64,000 nt of DNA, from positions 101,162,397-101,226,396 of the forward strand of contig CM097887.1 of the NCBI GenBank assembly GCA_044892525.1, given 5' to 3'. Position numbers and translations under genes: made by a program. A model generated the notes under the pieces. The model searched no databases, was not told the DNA's origin, and worked only from the letters and a program-made list of their open reading frames with translations. Source of the stretch: Schmidtea polychroa (lineage: Eukaryota). How positions within the stretch are numbered: the first letter of the stretch is position 1; every line of letters starts with the position of its first letter. Shown in pieces: positions 10,857-21,900 of the stretch.

Positions 10857-13800
10857 TGTTGGGCTAAAACGTGGAGTTTCGAAAACTGGAGCGAATAGAA
10901 AAGTAATCCTTGAAAAATAAACGAAATAAAATAAAAATATAAAGTACCATCAAATTCTCACTAATAAATCAAAAAGGAACAATAAAATATCAATAAGAGA
11001 ATAAGAATAAGTAAAACAAACTAAATAAAACCCAATAAACCCCTTGAGATTTAGAAATAAAGCGATTTAGGACCCAGCAGATGAAATAGAATAAAATAAG
11101 TAAAAAAGTGACAACAAATAAACGAGAAATTTAAGAAATAAATAAAAAATAAAACTATCTTTAAGTCTAATTAAAACAAAAAATTATATTACAATAAAGT
11201 AGCAATAAATCCACAGGAAAAATAGGAGGAAAATAATAAAAATAAGAAAATAAATAAAATAATAATAAGAAATAAGTTAAGTCATTAAAATCTAATATAT
11301 TATAATAAAAAACATAAAAATAATAATAAATAGTAAAAATACAAACAAGTCGTGTCCTGATTGGACGAAAAATAATATATAAGGAACGGAAAATATCTGT
11401 AGAGTACCACTTTTAAAAAATATTCTACAGGTAAACTTTGGTTCGTTATGACCACTTTTAAAAAATATTCTACAGACTTGACAGATTTCGGAACCTTTAA
11501 TTATCCTACAGCGAACTAGTTCAGAGATTACCAAACCAAACCGAGGAAGGAATATATAGAGGCCAAACCACAAATCCATTCGGGAAAAATTTTAAATTCA
11601 ACCGATTTAACTTCAGTTTTCGAAACTCAAGTTGCCTTTCTTCATGGTACCGGCGACTGTACCATCTGAGAACTCCCAGTGTGATGTGGACGAGTTGGAA
11701 TTGTACTGCAGTAGAGGACACCACCGTGGAAAGGTTGGTATGCCTAAGAAATCACGAACATGCTGAAAGGAGAATGTGATATGTGTAGGGTATGATATTT
11801 GTCATATTAGAGATCCACCAAGGAGACGAGGAGGTTTCGGTTAGGTAGGAGGAGCAACATCATACTCGGAGATCCAAATGATATGGTCGCCGGGTAAATT
11901 TTCTTTATGCATTTTTCTATCATTCAGTTTGATTATGGTATTGTTGATTTGGTTGAATGGAAACGAGTTGATTGGTCCCTCTTGACGGTGCAAGGAGGCG
12001 GCAGCAATGAATGCCTTCTTGGGTGTGTCGTGAGGGGTGAAGAAACTCAGTAGGTGGAACATCCAGTTGATAAGTGAAAGTTCCTTCATCAAGCGCGATC
12101 GTCTATAGAGCGTACCATCGGTTCATTTAGTCAAATCGAGATTTCCAGTAGTTGTAGAGATGATTTGAATTCCGAATGCAGGCAATTCAGAGCGAGATAG
12201 GCAGTGACGTTCGTACAGATTCGATAATAATCCACATAGCTAGGAGAAAAATTTTTTTCGTGATATTCAGCCGGTCGATCGACGTAGTTAGGAAAGAGCA
12301 GTGTTGACCATAGATTGCAAGTAAATCCAACGATTTTTCGGTGACGCACTGCGTTCGCAAGGTCCTGTCTGATTTGTGCCGTCATGATGTTAGCGGTTAC
12401 ATCCATTGTCGATGTACTCTTACGATTTGATTGTCGTCCGTGAGTCGCCATTGCCAGTGATAAAAAATCTCTCGCTGACAGGGAAGTAAACATCTTGCAG
12501 TGAAATTATCAAAATTTTTACTTCGAGCTCGCAGGCAATAGTCGCCAACGATAACAAAATCAGTTGATTTACATTAGCCAGCGTAGAGTTAGTCGACAGG
12601 AGATATCTGATAATGTCCTAGAGAAAGAGATAACGTGTCGGTTTTTCTGGGGAAATGTCAAATGGATAAGCTGATAGTCATTGATCTGAATAAATATCGT
12701 AAAGGGAAATTAGATGATAATGTTGAGCTTACCCAATAATCTACGAAGTTGTCGCCCACTCAGATTGATTAATCTGATTTTCCGATTCATCTACGACTGC
12801 TTATTTGAGGAATCTATTACGCAACCACTATTATTCCGACTTGAGTATGCACATACACACGCACCACCGTCGAATCTACATAGGGCAGTGTAAAAGTAAA
12901 TACACAATTTTTGGTGATGTAATAGCGGCATGATGATGTGAATTTTTCTAGAACGGTGAGATAATAAGATGGAGTAAAGGAATGGATTTCCCCTACACAA
13001 CTCGATATATAATAATTTATCATAACAGCATAAACCATCATTCGCGGTGATAGCCTACATACAGTTACAGATGCCACCAGGAGTAATGACACACCTACAC
13101 ATTCAGTCATAATGCATAATCACAAGTAAACGTTTTCCATGACGACGATTTCGACGCGTTATTGGAATTAATTAGATGTAGATTTAGAGCTGAATTTTTG
13201 ACTGATTACCTGATCAATTCCATAATTTTGAACGAGATAAAAACATAAATAATCTATTCCGTCGCCGTGAATTATTTCTCTGTAATTTTAGGTACGCCTA
13301 CATCGACGGATTGCCATAATGATATCGGCAAATTTTTAAATAAAAATATACTAAGGGGAACAAGGTTGAAGGGAATAAAGTAAAAGACGAGTTTTACCTG
13401 GGAATGGCCCATCCGAAAGTAAACCCAAAGGGCGAGGTTTATGTAGAGAGAATTTTTGGTGTACGAAATCCCCGTTTCCTTTTCTTAATTTACACGAATC
13501 AGGTGAAGAGATTTGAATGTTTGCAACTGAATGACTACGAATAGAGATGGATGAAGAAGTGTGTGGGTCATCGTTGGGTGGTATGTTTGATAAACCTCCA
13601 AAACCATGCCCAAAAATTTGATTTTGTTTTTTGCCACTGATAGAGGTTTTTCCGAGTAAATCTAAACAATGATTGATTTTCTAGATGGCTACATCGTCCA
13701 ACAACGCCAAAGAACTTCGCCCGTGTTTTTCTTGTGCGGACAAGAACGCGGATATCGCCCAACTGCACTTATATATCGGGGCTCTCAAAAAGAGAATTGA

Positions 13801-14984
13801 TCTCTATGAAGGAACGTGGTTCTCCCCGCCACAAATGAAAGAGGAACGCAAGAAAATTCTCCGATTAGAGCATTGCAGGGACAGCCTGCTAGAGGAAAGC
13901 CGTTGCCAGCGGCTCACCATCAAAGCGCAATCAGAAGCCCTCCATAAGGTGTATACGGAGGCAGAACTGGCTAAGCGGGTGCGAGAATTTCCCGTTCTAG
14001 ATGGGACGAATGTTTTTCCCCTTCACCACCAGTCTTCTACATCTTCCAGTTCGCACTGCCAGGGGCACGGCTCACAACTGCCGCCCATTCCAGCCCCGGT
14101 ATTGTCCAGTCACCAGCCAAAGACAGGTGGACCTACCGATCCCATCGTAGCTCCAATCTTGGTAGCACAAATCGGTACCACGAACACCGAAAACCCCCCG
14201 ACTACCCGCAAACGGAAACGGCCAACTCGAGCCGAGAAGAACCAAAAACGCCGAGATGCGATGACAGCACTCGAGACGTCCTTATCGGCGGCGAAATCAA
14301 AAATCCAAGAGATAACGTCCTCCCATTCAATCCCCTCAAAGGAAGTCTTCCGCATTGTTCCAGCTGAGGGCATCAAATACATTGTAGATAGCCGATTACC
14401 GGTCGACATAGATGAGATACTGGCCGATGGGGATAACTTTGTTTAATGTGATGTACAATTGAGCTTGATTTCCTCTTCATTGAGTTGTAAATTATCTTGT
14501 GAATTTTGCTAAGGTTATATCTTTTGACTGCTGTTGATCTGTTGGTGGTAATGATATTTTTATCGTTTCAGGGTCAATAAAATTTTCTGTTTGATTTCAG
14601 TTTTGTCGAGCTTTCATATATTTGTTTGTGCAATTAGGGTAGATGAGATAATGCTGCGGAATGAAGGTAATTAGAGTTGAAAGTCGTTCCTTTGGACCAG
14701 GATCAGACCGAGTGACACGCATGTATGTGGGTAAGTCCTTCTAAGGCACCGTAGGACCCGAACCGAGAAAGGGTTAGGAGTAGTCCTAAGGCAGGGGCTC
14801 ACCTGCTAACCTTTTCCGACCCGTGTGAGCAGCACCAACATGGAACATCACCATGGGCTCATATGTGGGAATATGCAATCAATCATTTGGAGTATGTGTA
14901 GAGAATGTATAACGGAGCCATGATGCTTGATAGGTGTGATGGAAAGGCATGTATAATTTTTTTTCTTCTCCACATACGCCAACA
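10857..14984 (+). repeat. 5' LTR (4128 bp)
   Basis: Starts TGTTGG, ends CCAACA; matches 36992-41132 at offset 26135, then 26148. Confidence 0.97.
13685..14446 (+). CDS. LTR-encoded 253-aa protein of unknown function (basic NLS-like TRKRKRPTRAEKNQKRR)
   Basis: Intact in both LTRs, ttttctag immediately before the ATG, higher GC than surrounding LTR sequence. Confidence 0.7.
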   Translation: MATSSNNAKELRPCFSCADKNADIAQLHLYIGALKKRIDLYEGTWFSPPQMKEERKKILRLEHCRDSLLEESRCQRLTIKAQSEALHKVYTEAELAKRVREFPVLDGTNVFPLHHQSSTSSSSHCQGHGSQLPPIPAPVLSSHQPKTGGPTDPIVAPILVAQIGTTNTENPPTTRKRKRPTRAEKNQKRRDAMTALETSLSAAKSKIQEITSSHSIPSKEVFRIVPAEGIKYIVDSRLPVDIDEILADGDNFV

Positions 14985-14991
14985 TGATTTT

Positions 14992-15009
14992 TGGGGGCTC
15001 AGCCGGGAT
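14992..15009 (+). promoter_or_regulatory. Primer binding site, tRNA-Pro type
   Basis: TGGGGGCTCAGCCGGGAT matches the classical tRNA-Pro PBS TGGGGGCTCGTCCGGGAT at 16/18, starting 7 nt after the 5' LTR. Confidence 0.85.
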
Positions 15010-15444
15010 TGTATATTGATTTGTTTGATTGTCTAATTTTGTGTTATGATGTGTTAGATTAACAATTTAATTAATTATGATAAAAATGGAATCGGGGCTG
15101 AAACGAATTATAGTGCAATAAAATGATACGAACTGTCTGAGTTTGAAATGGAGCATGTGGTGAATGAAACGAACCTAAATGAGTTGGAATGAATGTGATG
15201 AAGTATGATGAGAAAAGTAAACGGGAATTGGTTATTGTGATTAATTTTAACTGGTTAAAATAAAAAGGGGGACGAAAGAAAGTAAGTGATTAAAGCAAAA
15301 AGATGAAAGGGGAATTTCAAAGATCGAATAAAATACAAAAGTTAAAACACTAACGCATAAAAGTCAACGAATATTAATACAAACATAATAATATTATTTT
15401 TAATACCAGCAGGAACAAAATAATAACAACACATTCATTTAGAT

Positions 15445-15924
15445 ATGTCAGAAGCTAGACAACATCTACAACAGCTAAGCCGGTTCGTCGAAATAGAAAA
15501 TGATTCAATAAAAACATTAAGGGAAAAACTGAAACAAATAGAACTGCTAGAACAACAAAGCCACAACGCACCGCTGATATCCAAACAAAATTTTCTAACC
15601 GACAGATTAGGATCAACAAATACCGATACCGACTTGTCTATTCATTACCAATGGTTTCAGCAACGTCTCGACGACCCCGCTCTGAACATCGAATATGTGA
15701 GGATACGCGAACAAGTCAAAACTCTGTCTCAGCGGATACGAACATCAATAGTAGAGAAAGCAGCGGCCTTGAGAACCTGTAACATTTGCAGGATGCGACC
15801 TGTCAAAATTCTAATTCTACCTTGTGGGCACCTTAGCCATTGTGACGAATGCGCCGCCAGTTTAATCCGTTGCTCTATGTGCACATGCGTAATAAAAGAG
15901 AAGCACACAATCTACTTCAGTTAG
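15445..15924 (+). CDS. Coiled-coil plus C-terminal IAP-type RING-HC E3 ligase (no BIR)
   Basis: CNIC-x11-CGH-x2-CDEC-x6-CSMC ending KEKHTIYFS*, the spacing and aromatic C-terminus typical of cIAP/XIAP RINGs. Confidence 0.85.
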   Translation: MSEARQHLQQLSRFVEIENDSIKTLREKLKQIELLEQQSHNAPLISKQNFLTDRLGSTNTDTDLSIHYQWFQQRLDDPALNIEYVRIREQVKTLSQRIRTSIVEKAAALRTCNICRMRPVKILILPCGHLSHCDECAASLIRCSMCTCVIKEKHTIYFS

Positions 15925-16507
15925 GTACGCGATCGTCGCTCGGTGAAGGAAATTGGATGATTAACAATTAGATTAAACATTTTGATATTTTTGTTCCGAA
16001 TTAATTCGGTAATGTTTTGTAATGATAGCATATATTATCTGTAATGTGGAGTAAATAACTAATAAATCCTTTTTGTGTATTCATTTCATTATACGAAGTT
16101 ATAAATTGATTTGTGTTATTATAATTTTCACCATGAAGAAAGGGCATTTTAAAAATTTAAATTGATTTTTTAAAGTGGAACTAGTCCCATCATAGTGTTA
16201 AAGGGGGAGTAAACCGAGCCACCTTCGGGAGGTACGATATTGGAACCATTTGGGAAGGGACAACCGATCACCCAGAGTAAGAGATGTAAGGCGAGGTACC
16301 ATCGCGAATATTGAAAAGTTTCTGCGGTATGGCTGATCACCATACCAATGTAGAAATGGATCAATGCGATCGTTTTGCGTTTTGAGCAAGGGGGGAAAGG
16401 GGAAACCTTCCAAAGCGGTACAGATTAAGTCGACAAATAAAAGTAAAAATAGGAAGATGACAGTATAGAATAAAGACAGAAAAGGAACGGAAGCATGCAG
16501 AGTTTAG

Positions 16508-16860
16508 AGACATTAAGGCCGAGCTGTTGAAAAGTCCAGCCGGTCAGGGAAATTGAAACTGAGCTGTGAAAAGTCCAGCCAGTCGGAGACATTAAGGCCG
16601 AGCTGTTGAAAAGTCCAGCCGGTCAGGGAAATTGAAACTGAGCTGTGAAAAGTCCAGCCAGCCGGATATTAAGATCGAGTTGTTGAATAGTCCAACCGGT
16701 CAGGAGAAGAAGATTGAGCTGTTGAATAGTGCCAGCCAGTCGTAAGGCCGAGCTGTCGAGAAGTCCAGCCGGTCAGGAAAAATTAAAACTGAGCTGTGAA
16801 AAGTCCAGCCAGTTCGGAGATGAAGAAGATTGAGCTGTTGAAAAGTGCCAGCCAGTCGTA
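16508..16860 (+). repeat. Tandem array of nine 34-41-bp units (dimeric 79-bp period) in the leader
   Basis: Core gagctgt(t)gaaaagtccagcc(a/g)gtc at about 16520, 16561, 16600, 16640, 16677, 16716, 16750, 16791 and 16832. Confidence 0.92.
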
Positions 16861-18083
16861 AAGGCCTAAAGTAATAGTGAGATAGCATTCAAGCTACAAG
16901 TTGATAACATTTAAATTACTAGTGAGATGGAATATTAAAGCTAGCTAGAAGCAAATTGAGTTTGAAATATGGTATTTGAATTTAGAAAGGATTAAACGAG
17001 CTCGTAAAAGATGATAGTAAAATTCTTTGAGTAAAGAAGGAGAAACGGAAAAGGAAAATGAATTAGGAATAATAGAAACAAAGAATAAGTATGAATAGAT
17101 GACGAACCAAGGAGGAAATAATTAATTAATTGAAGGGGATCCCAGATAGGTAGATAAAGTTCTACAGAATTTTTTGTTTAAACCGGTTAAAAGAATTTTG
17201 TTTGGTTCCGGAGTAGAACCGAGTAAAAGGAAACAGAGACGAAAGAGTAAGTAAAATAGCGGAACCGCGTAAAAGGATTAAGGAAAATATGGGGAGTAAT
17301 AAGCAGTAACTGACAACGACCTATCGATATTATAAATGCTAACTATAGATAATTTATACGACTATATAGATAATTGTTACTACCCCAAATAGATAATTTA
17401 AAATCGACGAAAAATATGGGTTGATGGGTAATTATATTCCGCGAAGAAGCGTATGAGGGGAAATGAAGAGAAGTATAACAGAGGCCCTAAAACGGTGTCT
17501 GTGCTTGAATGTGGCAAAAAGGAATGATTGATTCGTGTAAGCAAAGGCAACACGATATCATATTTTCATTGTAGACATCAGTCCAACCAAGTCAATTCAG
17601 AACCAGCTCAAACGGAATCCAGAGAATATACAAACAACCCAGGAAAAGCAATTCAGAACCCGCACAAAGGAAAACAATATCAGAACCGAACTCGACCAAT
17701 TCCGCAGACGCTAACCGTAGAAAAACCCAAGTGAAAAGACAGAAAAGAGTAAAAAGAAAATCACGGATAAACCCAACCTTAGATCTTCAAGTAAGCCAGG
17801 AGACGTATTATTTTCAGGAGACGAATTAGATCAACTCAAAAGAGGACGATCATTTAGGCAGCAGAGAGGAATATCACAAGGAGCAAAAAGACCCCACAAA
17901 ACACCGATATACGATCAAGAAAACCCCACAGCCGGACATACGCCCAGTCGATCTAGAAGTAGAGAAAGTCTATCCGATATAACAAACAACCTAACCGGGT
18001 CAACAGAAGAATTATCCGTCCATAGTTTAGCTACATCACTAGAAAATTTAAAAGAAATAATAGCATTTCAAGAACCAATCAAG

Positions 18084-18986
18084 ATGAATGTAGCAAAAAC
18101 CGACGAATATAAAGAAAAATTTAGAGGCGAACCGTTCAACGGGAATGCGAACAAGTTGGCAACGTTCATAACCAATTTTGAAGTCTATATCGATGTGTGT
18201 GGATGGACGTCCGAAGCAATTAGTAAACGAATGCCTCTGTTTTTGTGCGATAGCGCACTCGAAGTGTATCTAGAAGCAAAAGAAAGAAATACGAAATTAG
18301 ACAATTGGGAAAACATCAAAACAATTTTGAGAAAAACATTCGGAGCCAGCAAACCGATAAATCAAGCGTTAGGTGAACTGGCAAGTAGAAAACAAAGGGC
18401 AAACGAGTCAATTACGTTATACGCAAGTGAATTGCGAAGATTGGCAAAGAAGGCCATGAACGGAAACTTGCCGGAGGAAAACTTAATTGGTTACTTCATA
18501 GAAGGACTGTGCCGAGAAGAGGTAAGGGCCTCGGTGGGATGTCAAATGTGTAAAACACTAGAAGAAGCTATAGATTGGGCCACAAGATGCGAACTACACC
18601 TCCCGGCACAAATGAATGTCATGCAAGAGGAGGGAAGAATCGCAACAGCAACGGTGAAAACGGAAAATGGAGATAACAATAATCATGAACCCAAGATGAA
18701 TCAGTTTATACCAGGAGCTCATCAAATCTTCAAACCACCACAAGGACGATCAAACGGGAATAACAGTGAACGCAACAACTCGAACAATGGGAACAACTTT
18801 AATAATCGACGAAATATGAACGATAACAAACAATGCCGAACATGCGGTAAACCAGGACATTGGGATAGAGATTGTTACCGAAACGCAAATTGCAATAGGT
18901 GTGGACGACGAGGACACACGGAAAATATATGCCAATCGAGAGGATGTTTTAACTGCGGTCAACCAGGTCATATCTCAAGAGACTGT
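18084..18986 (+). other. Gag region: capsid-like domain and three CCHC zinc knuckles
   Basis: FNGNANKLATFITNFEVY...MPLFLCDSALEVY gag-like segment; knuckles at 18834-18986. Confidence 0.92.
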
Positions 18987-21900
18987 CGAGAAAGGAGCCA
19001 ACAACAACGACCACCACAGCGAAATAATAACTATGCACCAAATCCGCAACGACAAAGTAATCCTAGTGAGGGAAAGCAAATGAATGTGATGCAAGAAATT
19101 TCACAAATGAAGCAGATGATGCAACAAATGATGAGACCGAGACAAGAGCAAGTACCACAACAAACCCAGAATATACGCATGATGAGAAGCACCGAGAATC
19201 TTAACAATTATGAAGTGCAACAACATGCACAAGAATGGCAAAGACTACAAGCTGAAGAAGAGAGGATAAAAAGAGAGCGAATTCAGCAGCGACAAGAACA
19301 ACCACTACGAATAAATATGATGAGGATGGTAAAGGAGATAAAGGAGCAATATTGTTACAACTATGGTAAAAATCCAAGAGTTGTACCTACGAGCGAACCA
19401 GAGAAACCGAAAGAAACAATTACAGCAGCAAAGAAGGAAAATTCAACAACACCGCTAAAAGGAAATCAGAGAATTCAGAAAATATTTTGGAAAAAGATAA
19501 AAGATAAAATCGAAAGAGAAAATGAGAAAACAAAAACAGAAGCAGAAGCAGAGAATAACGAAAATGAAAAACAGATTAATCATCTAAATCATGATATGAT
19601 ACGAGAATTAGACTCAGAAGAGCTAACGTTATTCGAGAACAAAAAGTTAAAGAAAGTACCAAGAATGAGAAATTTACGAATTAATATGATGAGGACAACA
19701 AAGAAGGTGTTGTCAACAGATGACGATGAGGATTATGTGAGTAGCCTTGGTGGAGAAATGTTACAGTTAAATGAAAATATCGACCAACTAAGAGAGAAGA
19801 TCGGAACAGAGGAAGAGGAGAGTGAAAGCGACGTAACAAGTGAAAGCGAAGACGAGAATATCGAAATGAAATTGAGAAAAGAAAGAGAAGAAGCGATAAA
19901 ACAAGTAAAGGAAATACTTCCAGTGGTGGTAAGAAACCAGGAATTCATTGACATCATACCATACAGACGCTTCATACAAAAGATAATGAAACTAGAAAGA
20001 AACGGAAAAGATCTAATACCAAACGAGGAAAAAGCGATAATAAAGAAGTATATGGAAAAAATGAAACAAGCGGAGACAACACGCTATGTAATAAAAATCG
20101 GAACGAGTAAAGGACTCGAGAGAATATGGATAAAAAGCACAGTCACAGACGAGCTTTTTGATTGGATAAGAGAACATTTGGGCAGCTCGAAAAAGAAAGA
20201 GTATTTATATCAATACCAAGGAGAACAAATTAAGCCAGACATGCACCTAATAGATGCATTGATCTGGCCAGGAGAAACTCAAATATTGAAATTGTATAAA
20301 GAGAAGCAACCAGCAAATATTCACGAATGGGCTAAAGACGCCAAGGCCGAGTATGACTTTAACATCAAGCTGAAGCTGGAACAAATAAAACAATGCACCT
20401 TGCGACGAAATCTAGATAAACTAATCAAACAAATTCAAGAACAAGTCGAAGATAACTGGGATTTACTCATAGCAAGACGAACTGCAGACATGCATGAACT
20501 AATGAGCCGATTACGAGATACAGAATTGCTCAGGATGAGCGATTGGAGAACCATAAATTTGATCCACAAATACGGAAGAGTAAAAGAAACGCAACCGCAG
20601 AAATTAGAAATAACCATATGGCTACCAAACGAGGAGAAACGACGAATAAAGATGAGTAATCAGAGTACGGTGGATGACTTAGTAACCAAGATAAACCAAG
20701 AGATAACGGAAAAAGTACGAAGCGAGAGTAGCGACAGGATGATAGATGATGTAGTCATGATGTACGATAAAATAATATTACGGGCCGAAGATGACACCTC
20801 GCTAAGCGAAATGGGAATATGGGATAATCATCAAATCATCAGAATATTGCCCATGGACGAATTCCGAACAAGAGATGTAACATACCAGAAAGAAATACGA
20901 GACAGGATGAAAACGCTATATCAAAAATCAGTAGAGATAATTGAAATTCATCAACAGTGGCTAAAAGAAAAAGAGCTTCAAGGAAAAATAAAGAAACTAA
21001 GTGTTAGATCCTGCAGACGAACCCCATGGGAAAGGATGTGGAATGCGGAAAACAAAGAATGGGAAATCAGGAAAGGGATTTTCGTGGAAACAGACATTGG
21101 TGAGATAGAAAGCGAATCAGAAGAAGAGGAAGATGAACCTCCAAAATACGAAGAGGACGAAATAGAATCGACATCGAACGACGAAAGCGAAACGGATGTT
21201 ACATCAGAAAGTGAAACGGAAACCAGACATATTCATGCGATGAGAAAGAAAGAACGCGAATATGCCGATATGGACAGCGAAGAAGCGATGGAAGCTCGAG
21301 AACGAGAAGAGAAGGAAAGATATAAACAATTAGGTGATATCTTAGCAACGGGAGCAAAAAATCAAAAACGACAAGTAATAGCATTGGCTAACATCATCCT
21401 AAAGACATCAGAGAATATCCACAATCTAAGAGAAATGGCGAAAGCGATTGAGGAATACAGACAATATAACGAATGGTACCCAGAACAGCTAGAACAAATT
21501 ATTAGGAAATGGAGAAACCAAGAATGGGCACAAGATACCCAGGAAAGGTATCGTATCCGAGTCAAGTATCCCGACAAAAGCATTGAGGATACAGAAGTAC
21601 ATCCAACAACAAAGATCAGAGAGTTAAAAAAGAAATTAGCGTACGAAACTCCATTTCACCTACAACTATTCGGAAAATCGTTGGATGATAATGCAGATGT
21701 CGGAATAACACCCATGAGATTGGGGGAGATCAATGTAGTGACAATGGCAGAAACATTGGGAAAACCGATTAAAAGGAAGAGCAAATCCAGTAAACCTACG
21801 AAAGGTAGCTTGAGTACACCAAGCCCTAACAAAGTGGCGAGTAAATCGAATGAAACCGAGGAAATCGAGGAAATTATATTAGAAGACAGCGATGAAGGAG

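Noticed and set aside
11292-11724. Hydrophobic minus-strand ORFs in the LTR (also 37427-37859)
   Set aside because: They largely derive from the low-complexity A-rich LTR block and a 25-bp direct repeat (11406, 11451).
16508-16860. CRISPR-like repeat/spacer appearance
   Set aside because: The linkers are themselves repeated, there are no cas genes, and the context is a eukaryotic retroelement.
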